From a virus, in the IMG/VR virus record IMGVR_UViG_3300037468_000493, positions 1 through 64,000 of that record: 64,000 nucleotides of DNA; one strand, given 5' to 3'. The notes under the pieces were generated by a model. The model was not told the origin of the DNA, ran no database searches, and saw nothing but the letters and a program-made list of their open reading frames with translations. The position numbers and the translations under genes are program-made. Positions 27,640 to 36,056 of the stretch are shown in pieces. Every line of letters begins with the position of its first letter. The stretch's first letter is position 1.

Positions 27640-29609
27640 ACCAAATCCCCCATCGGCCCAGCTTGCAGACCGCCAGTTGTATTAATGGGCCGTTTGGGCA
27701 CCGTCACCGCAGACCCTAGCCTGCCAGCCTCCCGCCCGGTGTAGCCAAAGACTATGCGCCGGGGGGCAAACTCTAGGTACTCAGCATCGCGGATCAATGC
27801 CCGATCTCCAACGTGCTCCATCCTGGCTGGGGTCAAGGATTCGCCCGATACTACAGCCCTCTCCACATCAAACGAGAGCTGCCCGGTCTGCTTCAGGGCC
27901 AATATCATCCTGGCGATCGCTGTCGCGTGTTGCCCGTCGGTGCCCCAGGCCCGTTGTATCGTCACACTGCGGCGTTTGCCGAGGTTGCTGGCTACAGCCT
28001 CATCTCGGCTCCGTACATCAAGGGCGACGGGTTCTGTCGCAGGGCGAATGCTGGGGGGCTTTGGTGCCGCGTCAATGGTTCTGGCGACGGGTTTTTGGTT
28101 AGGGTCACGGACTAGGCCAGTATCGTCACTCCTGCCAGTGATCGACATCTTTGCGATCGAGTAGCCTACAATCTGCTCATACCGCCCATCGGGCTTATAG
28201 GTGTTGCGCTCTAGCTCACGGCTGAGCAACCGCACCGCTGTCACACTGGTTTCGGCTTGGCCTGGTTCATCAGTCAGAGATAAGCTGACCAACGTCCCGT
28301 AAGTATCCAGCACCCGTTCAATGGGTACGCCCCTGGTGTCGTAGGTAAATTGCTCCCGAGTGCCCTGCCCGCCGACCAGTGTAGTATCTCCGTAGTACGT
28401 TGAGGTTTTGGAGAGCCGGGTTTTTGGAACCCCGTTATCTATTTCAATCCCACGGGATATCGCCATCACATCGTTATTCGTCAATGGCAGTCCTAGGCCA
28501 TTGAAGGTTCGGGAAATCTCACCCTGACAGACCGTCACCCAAGCCGTGTTGCCCGCCTGAGTTGCCGGGAATAGCCAGAATTGTTGAGCTCTAATTTCGT
28601 AGTCTTGGCTCCATGATGTGCTCCCATCCCTGGGCTCATCTTCAATCCGCTCACAGACTACAATGTCTGCCCCCGTCCCCGGCGATGGCGCGGCGGCTAG
28701 GGCGATGGTGATAGGGTAGGTCTGCATATCCTCCTCGTCCCCGCCGTCCTCTGTAGGCCGAGCAATGGTCGTTGAGAATACGGTAGCCGTCACCGCCTCT
28801 ACTGCCTCGTCCAGGGGCTGCACAGAGGGCTCAATCTGGGCTAATTGCTCCAAGGCCCACCGGCCTGCAAGGGTCGCTTCGTCAGGGAGTGTCGGGTACT
28901 TCTGCACCTTGATGATTTCGTTGGCCGGGTCGCAGTAGAGCAGGTAACCTCGGGCAGATGCAATGCTGGCGGCGTTGATGTAGGGGTTGCTGCCACGCTT
29001 TTGAGCCGCGATGAACCCATCAGGGCGAAGGCTGCCGCCGTAGAATGTCGCGGCCAAGTCGGTGTTCACCCCCGAGAAGTCAATGTCTGCATCAACCAGG
29101 TAGGCTACGTTGCTGGCATCTTTGGGGGCTGTGAGTTCTGACTTTATCTGGTCAGTCCAGACTGAAAAACTGACGCTAGTTAAAGTGGAGGTTCGAGTAT
29201 TGGTTCGGCTCCGGGTAGTGCTGATCCGTCGCGTCGGCTGGGCTGGGAAGTCCCGGTTCACCATGCCTAACTTGCAGGTCACCTCAATCTCAGTCTGCGA
29301 TGCGGCCAAGGCCGAATCCCATTGACTAACTACGGCCTTGGCTACCCGCCAGTACCAGGTATTTCCATTGGCCTGTACCTCGATCTGGTTGCCGGGGTTA
29401 AAGTCTGCGTTTGTGGTCGGGTCGAGGTCAACCAGGGTGAGGCCATCGATAGCCAGCGTAATGCCACCCTGCCAGAGTTTACCAAGGGGGTTCTCGCTGT
29501 CGATGAGGGTTGATTCGATGCGGCCATGGGTTAGGTAGGCAGTGTAGTCTGTGCCGTCAATCAAGACGGTAACGTCAGCCGTGAGATCGACAAAGCCTTT
29601 CCATACCAT
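27636..29609 (-). CDS. Putative tail tip/hub protein
   Basis: 657 aa; first gene of the tail-tip operon; [12 protein letters not shown]-terminus. Confidence 0.55.
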   Translation of the reverse strand: MVWKGFVDLTADVTVLIDGTDYTAYLTHGRIESTLIDSENPLGKLWQGGITLAIDGLTLVDLDPTTNADFNPGNQIEVQANGNTWYWRVAKAVVSQWDSALAASQTEIEVTCKLGMVNRDFPAQPTRRISTTRSRTNTRTSTLTSVSFSVWTDQIKSELTAPKDASNVAYLVDADIDFSGVNTDLAATFYGGSLRPDGFIAAQKRGSNPYINAASIASARGYLLYCDPANEIIKVQKYPTLPDEATLAGRWALEQLAQIEPSVQPLDEAVEAVTATVFSTTIARPTEDGGDEEDMQTYPITIALAAAPSPGTGADIVVCERIEDEPRDGSTSWSQDYEIRAQQFWLFPATQAGNTAWVTVCQGEISRTFNGLGLPLTNNDVMAISRGIEIDNGVPKTRLSKTSTYYGDTTLVGGQGTREQFTYDTRGVPIERVLDTYGTLVSLSLTDEPGQAETSVTAVRLLSRELERNTYKPDGRYEQIVGYSIAKMSITGRSDDTGLVRDPNQKPVARTIDAAPKPPSIRPATEPVALDVRSRDEAVASNLGKRRSVTIQRAWGTDGQHATAIARMILALKQTGQLSFDVERAVVSGESLTPARMEHVGDRALIRDAEYLEFAPRRIVFGYTGREAGRLGSAVTVPKRPINTTGGLQAGPMGDLV

Positions 29610-29693
29610 GGGCCTATTCTACCCTGGGTATCCGGCTATGCAGCGGGCATAGCTCACGGTACTTTTATGGGCTGTAGTGCTAACTTCTTAGCG

Positions 29694-29826
29694 CCTGTAC
29701 AGGGTGTGCAGGCCATGCAGGCTCTCGTTGAAATTATTTGGGTGTGTGTGCGGCGAAATTTTTTCGGAAACACACATCACTTTCACGCTAGGAAACAGGG
29801 GTGTTTGCCCTGCACGGCCTGCACAG
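29694..29826. repeat. 133-bp element, copy 1 (terminal 15-bp inverted repeats)
   Basis: Near-identical to 43184-43316 and 43349-43481. Confidence 0.9.
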
Positions 29827-29831
29827 TGCTA

Positions 29832-29954
29832 ATAAGTTAGCGCCCCTGGCAGACTCGCCATCTACCAGGGGCGCTAACTTATCGCGGTAATCCCCGGCCT
29901 AACCGCCGGGGCAGCTGTCAAGGATTCCTTGACAGCTGCCCCAGCGGTTAGGCC
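29832..29954. repeat. Two long adjacent palindromes
   Basis: 18-bp stem at 29832-29882; 59-bp near-perfect palindrome at 29896-29954, centred at 29925. Confidence 0.85.
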
Positions 29955-29966
29955 AGCCTCTTACGG

Positions 29967-30179
29967 TCATGCCGTGGCTTCACTGATTAACTCTAATTGC
30001 TCTATGGGCCAGTGAGCTGTATGCGTGGCAGGCGGCGGCGGTTGCAGCCTAGCCGATTGGCATTCGTAAGGGGTGCCCTCATCGTGAGTGATGATCTCAA
30101 TCACGGTGTAGGTGTCATAGGTGCAATCTTCGGCGGCTACCAATTCCCCGCCGTACTTCATCGTGGCTGCGTGTTTCAT
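29967..30179 (-). CDS. Hypothetical protein
   Basis: ORF track. Confidence 0.4.
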   Translation of the reverse strand: MKHAATMKYGGELVAAEDCTYDTYTVIEIITHDEGTPYECQSARLQPPPPATHTAHWPIEQLELISEATA

Positions 30180-30466
30180 AATTAGGTGTGCCTACTTGGT
30201 TAGGGTACTGCCCATGGGCGCGTCAACGCCGCGACGGGCTACCACCATAATACTCCCATGAGTCGCCGTTGTCAGGTCATTGCAGATAGAATATCGCCAT
30301 CACATATCACTGACCCCACCGCCACTTCATACCGCAGGGCCTATCGTTGATGCTACAGAACTCTATCGGCTGTAGCTTTGCCCCCTGCCACGCCTGCCAG
30401 CCCATCACCGACGCGATCGCCACCAATGCCGCTACTCCAACCCCAGCCGCTACTTTGTAAAACATA

Positions 30467-31219
30467 ATGGATATCTCTAAAATTACTGCCCAGGCTACCC
30501 GCTACCGGGCCAGCATCGGGGCTAACTACCGGGCGGTGCGGTACAACGGCACCCAACTCAACGTTAACCCAACGATTGATCATATGGGGCTAGACCTGGC
30601 CTTCCTCGCCACCGATGCAGTCCGCAACTCGATTGAGCGCTGGAAGTGCTACTTATCCAAAGAAATCTTGGCCGAGTCCAAGATCCCCGCTACTGCCTTG
30701 GCTGATTACGACTTTGGAGCCTGGGAGATTTTTGAGGATGGAGCCTGGCTCAAAGTCTTTATCCAGGATGTACCCAAACAACAGACCGGGCGCTGGGAAG
30801 TCACCTTTGCCCGTGGACTGGTCGAGGTGACAATGACCGTGACCTACCGGGTGGGCTCTGGCAGCTTCACCACAGACGCTGCCACGGGCAACCCCATTGA
30901 GGCCAGCACCGCCGCTACCTATTACGCCGTGGTATCCCAGGGCAGGGGCAGGGCCGCCGCCGTGGAGGTCGCAGGGTTACCAGCGGGGCGGCTATTCCTC
31001 GAAGGCCACTTCAGCACCGCTACCGGGGAACCAGCACTCATGCCCGCTAACCTACAAATTCAAAAGCCATGGCCTGCTGTGCTAGCGGTCGGCAATGGCC
31101 TAGAGGTCGAGGGTACATTCTCCGTAGCCCTGTCCGGGGCCAGCCCCTGGAATGCTGCTGAAGTAGGGCGCGGTGGTAAGCTGCAAGGAAACTTTATTAG
31201 CGCTGGGAGTGGCCGGTAA
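30467..31219 (+). CDS. Putative head-tail joining/closure protein
   Basis: Start of the tail block; DAATGNPIE motif; beta-rich. Confidence 0.45.
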   Translation: MDISKITAQATRYRASIGANYRAVRYNGTQLNVNPTIDHMGLDLAFLATDAVRNSIERWKCYLSKEILAESKIPATALADYDFGAWEIFEDGAWLKVFIQDVPKQQTGRWEVTFARGLVEVTMTVTYRVGSGSFTTDAATGNPIEASTAATYYAVVSQGRGRAAAVEVAGLPAGRLFLEGHFSTATGEPALMPANLQIQKPWPAVLAVGNGLEVEGTFSVALSGASPWNAAEVGRGGKLQGNFISAGSGR

Positions 31220-31506
31220 TGTCTGATGAGTTAGTCGAAAGGTTAATCATGCCAAAGCAAAAACCAATCCCTGAAGCGATAGCCGAAACCCATTATGCAA
31301 ACGAAGCGATCGCCGCTAAATTCAGCGAAGTAGAAATGCTAGAGCCTGAGTTTACCCCGGTTGAAATCTCGGTAAATTCTCAGGGGTGGAAGTATTTTGT
31401 CGGGCTTACCCCTGGCCAATGTGTCTCCGTCGAGGAGGCTACCTACCAGGGGATCCCGATCGTCATTGATAGGGCTCAGATTGAGCCTGTGGTGCTTGTG
31501 CCTTAG
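31219..31506 (+). CDS. Hypothetical protein
   Basis: TAATG coupling. Confidence 0.5.
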   Translation: MSDELVERLIMPKQKPIPEAIAETHYANEAIAAKFSEVEMLEPEFTPVEISVNSQGWKYFVGLTPGQCVSVEEATYQGIPIVIDRAQIEPVVLVP

Positions 31507-31593
31507 CGCTGGGAGAGGCGTTAGGGCAGTAAAAACCCCTCGGGGGAGGGGCGAGGGGTTGAGACTGGGTTAGTCACCTCCCCATGGTTTGGT

Positions 31594-31707
31594 TTAGCAC
31601 AAAGCCTTGAGCATTTCTTCTTTGAGCAGGTGCTTACCCTTGCCGTGGGCATTTCGCCAGGCGATACCCCTTATGGAGCATTCGCGGCGCAACTCTGCAT
31701 TGCTCAT
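31594..31707 (-). CDS. 37-aa HeH/SAP-like mini-protein (MSNAELRRECSIRGIAWRNAHGKGKHLLKEEMLKALC)
   Basis: Translated by hand; near-identical to the C-terminus of 61201-61620. Confidence 0.6.
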   Translation of the reverse strand: MSNAELRRECSIRGIAWRNAHGKGKHLLKEEMLKALC

Positions 31708-31760
31708 CTTGGCCCAGTCAGGTGTGGGCACCTTCCCCCTCTGCTCCAACTGGCGGGGGT

Positions 31761-31973
31761 TTAGGCAAGTGCACAGGATATCGCCATGGCGCTTACTTGA
31801 TTGCTTTCAATAGCCGCCTTAACCCATGCGTAGGCATTCCGCAAATCTACTTCTTCGTTAACCAAATATCGTTGCGTGTCGGGGAATACGCCAGCATCAA
31901 TGACGGTTTTTAGCTGCTTAGCGTTGTAGATGCCGTGATACTTTAGTGCCTGCTTAGCTTCTGATCTAGTCAT
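31761..31973 (-). CDS. Small cassette-borne hypothetical protein
   Basis: Start reassigned to the ATG after the conserved leader with GAGG RBS. Confidence 0.65.
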   Translation of the reverse strand: MTRSEAKQALKYHGIYNAKQLKTVIDAGVFPDTQRYLVNEEVDLRNAYAWVKAAIESNQVSAMAISCALA

Positions 31974-32033
31974 CGGTGGTGCCTCTTTGCGGTGGTATGT
32001 AACCACTATAACCCCGCTTGACTGTTGCGTCAA
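31971..32033 (-). promoter_or_regulatory. Cassette promoter/leader A
   Basis: TTGACG-17-TATAGT, then CATACCACCGCAAAGAGGCACCACCGATG. Confidence 0.8.
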
Positions 32034-32054
32034 TAGGCAAAGTGAAAAGTGAAA

Positions 32055-32312
32055 TTAGTTTTCACCTTTCCCTTCCCTCTTGCGATCCCTGGCCTCATTG
32101 CCGGTTTTGCCCGTGCGCTTGCGACTGGCCCTAGATCGATCGGTGCTACTGGTGCCCCCATCGGTGCCGTGCCTGTAGCCGCCATGGGTAGCCCCTGACT
32201 TGGCTACCTGCTTGCGGCATTGGGGACACCGCCAGCGATCGCCGTTAGAGTGCATCGGTGCATGTCCACAATGGGGACAGGTTGGTGCGGTGGGGTTGGG
32301 TTTGTGTGTCAT
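32055..32312 (-). CDS. InsA-like zinc-ribbon protein with basic tail
   Basis: CPHCG...RWRCPQCRK. Confidence 0.7.
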   Translation of the reverse strand: MTHKPNPTAPTCPHCGHAPMHSNGDRWRCPQCRKQVAKSGATHGGYRHGTDGGTSSTDRSRASRKRTGKTGNEARDRKREGKGEN

Positions 32313-32334
32313 GGTTGAGTTTCCTATGAAAACA

Positions 32335-32600
32335 CCTCCGGCGGAAGGCTACGCAGAGCAGCAACCCCAGGGAATCGGACTAGGCGTTCACCACATTGAC
32401 CGCCCCTGCCGTTTGTAGCCGATAGTGGGAATCCCCTCTAGGGGGCACCGTCGCTAGGGCCATTGTTCACTCCCCGACAGGATCTTTAAGCGGTGTAGCT
32501 GGTTTCAGCGTTGGCCGATGTAGGATCCATGCTCTGCGTATCACCCCCCGCCGGAAGCTTTGACTACGGGTGTGCATCCCGGTGGGCTTTTAGCCGATAC
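32335..32600 (-). ncRNA. Candidate large structured RNA / 5' leader
   Basis: Own promoter; 14-bp and 11-bp long-range closing helices with three G-U pairs on the minus strand. Confidence 0.65.
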
Positions 32601-32603
32601 CTA

Positions 32604-32632
32604 ATATTAACCCCTTTTGAGTGTTGCGTCAA
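32604..32632 (-). promoter_or_regulatory. Cassette promoter B
   Basis: TTGACG-17-TAATAT; flanking sequence duplicated with promoter A. Confidence 0.8.
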
Positions 32633-32653
32633 TAGGCAAAGTGAAATTAGTTT

Positions 32654-33079
32654 TCACAGTGTGACTTGATCCCCCATCACCAGTAGATAAAGCTGCTGAA
32701 AACTGAGCCCCAATGCAGCCCGCCGCGATTCAAACCGTCGGCGGGTTTCTGCTATGGTCAGCCCGGTCTTTTCAGCTAATGGCGCAAAGGTACTCCCGTC
32801 AAATTCTTCGGCCCACAGGCAGAACAGTTGAGCCGGTGGAATTTGCCAGTCATGGGCCAGGGCGATTAGATCGTCGACGGCCCACGCGACTAGCCCCGAT
32901 TCTCGCTTTGAATATTGGTGTAGGGTCAGGGCTGTTTGTGCTCGGTACGCGGCATCGACCGTTGGGTAGCCCAGAGATCGCCGGACTTCCCTAAACGCTG
33001 CCACCATCCGCCGCCGATTATTTGCCAAATCTGCCTGCCAAAAGAGCGTAATCCCCGCCCCTATAGTAACCCAGCCCAT
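32654..33079 (-). CDS. XRE-like HTH protein
   Basis: FREVRRSLG...YSKRESG...DDLIALAHDWQIPPAQLF. Confidence 0.55.
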   Translation of the reverse strand: MGWVTIGAGITLFWQADLANNRRRMVAAFREVRRSLGYPTVDAAYRAQTALTLHQYSKRESGLVAWAVDDLIALAHDWQIPPAQLFCLWAEEFDGSTFAPLAEKTGLTIAETRRRFESRRAALGLSFQQLYLLVMGDQVTL

Positions 33080-33090
33080 AGTCTAGGGGC

Positions 33091-33483
33091 ATGGCTACAC
33101 TTCGATGGAATCCCCCTAAGCTCACCTCACACACGGCCCGCTATGAGTGGGGCGTTCCCTATGCCGCCGCCCAGCATGAGGGGGCAACCCTGCGCAATGG
33201 TGGCACCATCCCGCCCCGCCCCTGGACTGAGTACCCGCTCGAGAATGGTCTGCGCCTGGATCAGGATTTAGCAGGCAACTACCGGCGATCGCAAAATCTA
33301 GACGCGGCATTCAAAGCCACTGCCACCGCCTACAACCGGGCCATGCAGGAAGCGATCGCGTCTCCGGTGTGGAACTGGCCCCGCCGCACCGTAAGGAGTG
33401 ACGGCAGCATAGCTGGAAGCCCAAGGTCGATCGTGGACACTGGCGACTTGCTCAATTCCCAGAAACTGAGTTTTGAGCGATGA
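33091..33483 (+). CDS. Tail completion/neck protein (HK97 gp10-like)
   Basis: PYAAAQHEG...PPRPW; SPRSIVDTGDLLNS. Confidence 0.7.
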   Translation: MATLRWNPPKLTSHTARYEWGVPYAAAQHEGATLRNGGTIPPRPWTEYPLENGLRLDQDLAGNYRRSQNLDAAFKATATAYNRAMQEAIASPVWNWPRRTVRSDGSIAGSPRSIVDTGDLLNSQKLSFER

Positions 33484-33866
33484 CCAAGTTTGCCACCGTC
33501 TCAGACCTACGCGGTTCCCTGGCTACCTTGCTCAATGCTGAGCTAGGCACCTTTGAGAACGGGATCAAGCGCATCTGGGTACGGCCCCCAGACCCACCTG
33601 CGGGGGCCGCCGAGGGGCTAGAGTGCATCATCCAGCGCATCCCCGCTGGTGCTGTCCGGGGTAGCAGCGGGGGGCAACGAAAAGACCTCCGGCGCTGGGT
33701 GGTGACCCTCACCAACTATGCCGAGGATGGGGCCATGGCCACCGCCACTGACAAGATCAAAGCCACCTATACCCTAGCCACGGCCCCCCGCTATGTGCCC
33801 CCCACTGACAAAAACTACGAAAGCATAAGCTTCCAAATTTTCGATCCCACCCTCATTAATCCTTAG
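33480..33866 (+). CDS. Putative tail terminator
   Basis: Size and position immediately before the tail tube gene. Confidence 0.55.
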   Translation: MTKFATVSDLRGSLATLLNAELGTFENGIKRIWVRPPDPPAGAAEGLECIIQRIPAGAVRGSSGGQRKDLRRWVVTLTNYAEDGAMATATDKIKATYTLATAPRYVPPTDKNYESISFQIFDPTLINP

Positions 33867-33874
33867 GAGTCACC

Positions 33875-34828
33875 ATGGGTTTCCCCTCTGCGCTATCTGC
33901 CTCAACTAATCCCCGTGTCTACGTTGCCCGCATCCCAACCGGTAACAGCCTGCCGACCTTGTACGGTTTTGCCAGCAACGATGCTGAAGCGGCGGGTAGC
34001 ACCACTATCACCCTCGACCTAATCACCGTTGACGGGGGCGCGGCGTCAGGGTCTATTGAACTAGAGCACGATCAACCCATCCTATTCCCCGCCGACGCCG
34101 TAGCGAACCCCGTACTCGTCAAGGGCGTTGGCACCTTGGGCAGCCACACGATCATTGTAGATAGCGGTACTGCACTGCCTACCAATAGCGTAGCTGTCGG
34201 AGACTACATCACCTTTGCTGGTGATGCCCAGCTATACCGCATCACAGCCAGGACTGCCGCCTCTACTGATTACACCATCCGGGTATTCCCTGCCCTCAAG
34301 TCTGCCCCCGCCGACAATGCCGTGGTGACGGTCTACAACCTGCTACGCCTCAACCTGGCCTCCGGCGTCCAGTTTGTGACCATCACCACCTCTGGTGTAT
34401 CAGTGCCTGTGACCGGCTGTACCTACAGCATGGCTGCTACTGCCGCCTCTCTAGCCACCCCTGCCTACAAGCAATTGCTGGGCATCGAGTCGTCTAGCCC
34501 AACCACCTCAGTTGAAACCGCTGACGTAACCACCAACACCCTGGTCACCACCCTTAGAGGTACCGTCGGCTTTGAGCTGGCCGTGGAGGGCATCGGTATC
34601 CCTGGCGATGCAGCCTTCCGTGAGATTATCCAGCCATTCCTGCTGGACAAAGATCGGGCCGCTGAATCCCTCTACACCCGCTATGAATCTTCAAGCGGCG
34701 CAAAGGTCTACCAAGGCCCAGGCTCATTGACCGAGGCCGACGCCGGGGAAACCGTCAACGAAGCTGATACCTACTCGGTCACCATGTCAATCTCAATAGG
34801 TTCTGACTTTGGTTACTGGATCCGTTAA
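33875..34828 (+). CDS. Major tail tube protein
   Basis: AGGAG RBS; C-terminal tube-like beta pattern (YQGPGSLTE...TYSVTMSI); precedes chaperone and tape measure. Confidence 0.7.
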   Translation: MGFPSALSASTNPRVYVARIPTGNSLPTLYGFASNDAEAAGSTTITLDLITVDGGAASGSIELEHDQPILFPADAVANPVLVKGVGTLGSHTIIVDSGTALPTNSVAVGDYITFAGDAQLYRITARTAASTDYTIRVFPALKSAPADNAVVTVYNLLRLNLASGVQFVTITTSGVSVPVTGCTYSMAATAASLATPAYKQLLGIESSSPTTSVETADVTTNTLVTTLRGTVGFELAVEGIGIPGDAAFREIIQPFLLDKDRAAESLYTRYESSSGAKVYQGPGSLTEADAGETVNEADTYSVTMSISIGSDFGYWIR

Positions 34829-35063
34829 GTACCTCAGTTCTAGCCGCCTACACTGCATCGACTGTCAGGTCGTTGGTGGGCGGCTAGAGGCTGGCTGGGT
34901 CTACAGCGATGGCTATTTGATGCCCGTCGAGACCCTCACCGATGGCCATGGCTTTGAGGTAAAGGTCGCCATCCCTGAAGACATCCAAGCCCTACAGCAA
35001 CCCTCTACTTTCTCATTCGCTAACGAACCCGTGGAGTTCTATCTTGCCCATGAAAGTACTTGA
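34809..35063 (+). CDS. Hypothetical tail-region protein
   Basis: Fills the gap between tube and chaperone genes. Confidence 0.4.
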   Translation: MVTGSVKYLSSSRLHCIDCQVVGGRLEAGWVYSDGYLMPVETLTDGHGFEVKVAIPEDIQALQQPSTFSFANEPVEFYLAHEST

Positions 35064-35757
35064 TTTAGTGGCTGCCCTGCCAAAGTTAGGGGGCTTTAAT
35101 CGCCTAGAGAAGGAGGAATACTACCGCCTATTCCTGCAAAGCTCAGAGGATACCGTAGCCCTGCTGACCATCGCCGCCGAGATTGCCGCCGACAAGGGCT
35201 GGAGCCAGGAAGAAGCGATCACCCGGCTCCAAAACATGGAGACGGGTAGCCCTGAAGATTTATTGGCGCTATCCGACCATCTCCCCCGCATCCTAGAGTT
35301 TGACCAGGCTAAGAAGCGGGCCAAAATCATGGAAGGGTTTGCCCTCGCCCAACTCATACTCATTTCGCGTTTGCCCGTGGCGTGGATTCGGGGCCAGTCT
35401 GAGGCCCTCACCGCCTACGGCATAGAGATTGACTGCGATGCCCTAGGCGAGATTCCCCGCCGTGATTGGTTATCCAGTGAAGTGCGCCGGGGGGCGATCG
35501 CCCAAATAGTCGACCTATTGCCCGAACAGTTTATCCGGCCCCTCGAAGACTTTGCCATTGCAGAATTAAACGAAGGCCGCACCGACTATGTTTCATCTGA
35601 GGATAGGGACGAAACCCCTTTAGTCGTGCCCAGCGAATCCTTAGCGAATGCCGCACCGCCTGCGACAGAGAGCGTGAGTTCTGGGATAAATGCTACTTCC
35701 GAATCCAGAGCGCTGGTGTTCAAGACCCCTGTTACCACTGGCAAGAAATCGGCCTAA
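35050..35757 (+). CDS. Tail assembly chaperone (G-like)
   Basis: Between tube and tape measure; contains a slippery site. Confidence 0.7.
   Translation: MKVLDLVAALPKLGGFNRLEKEEYYRLFLQSSEDTVALLTIAAEIAADKGWSQEEAITRLQNMETGSPEDLLALSDHLPRILEFDQAKKRAKIMEGFALAQLILISRLPVAWIRGQSEALTAYGIEIDCDALGEIPRRDWLSSEVRRGAIAQIVDLLPEQFIRPLEDFAIAELNEGRTDYVSSEDRDETPLVVPSESLANAAPPATESVSSGINATSESRALVFKTPVTTGKKSA
35616..35622 (+). other. -1 ribosomal frameshift site C CCT TTA
   Basis: XXXYYYZ heptamer in the correct phase; the -1 frame is open from 35619 into ORF 35781-36056. Confidence 0.8.
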
Positions 35758-36056
35758 CCCCTATCTGGCGAGTCCGGCAAATGGTATCGACGCTGATTGA
35801 GCAAGACGAACTAAAGGCCAGGGCTGGCAGCTATGCGATCGCCCGATTTGCCCTGACTCAAATCAGCCGCAAGGGCACCAAGATATCCATTGAAGACTTC
35901 ATGCCCTACAGCGATCCCAACGCCGCGCAGAAGCAGGGTGAAGGTATCCCGGCAAAGACCGTGGCAATCATGCGGCAATTGGTCAAGGGGCGAGCGTTAC
36001 CAGCACGGGTGGAGGCGGCAGCAATACGGGCATTAGGAGGAATGGGCGATGGCTGA
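35619..36056 (+). CDS. Tail assembly chaperone GT frameshift extension
   Basis: FSRAQRILSECRTACDREREFWDKCYFRIQSAG...MVSTLIEQ...DFMPY. Confidence 0.7.
   Translation, partial: FSRAQRILSECRTACDREREFWDKCYFRIQSAGVQDPCYHWQEIGLTPIWRVRQMVSTLIEQDELKARAGSYAIARFALTQISRKGTKISIEDFMPYSDPNAAQKQGEGIPAKTVAIMRQLVKGRALPARVEAAAIRALGGMGDG

Noticed and set aside
29896-29954. Protelomerase (telRL-like) site
   Set aside because: Odd-length centre with a mismatch, GC-rich arms, and no protelomerase gene recognised
32055-32312. IS1 insertion sequence
   Set aside because: Only an InsA-like zinc ribbon; no transposase catalytic domain or terminal inverted repeats
32335-32600. Group I intron, c-di-GMP riboswitch or retron msr-msd identity for the structured RNA
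   Set aside because: Only fragmentary resemblance (GGCTA/TAGTC pairing, CAAAGCTTCCGG). There is no interrupted gene, no full consensus and no reverse transcriptase.
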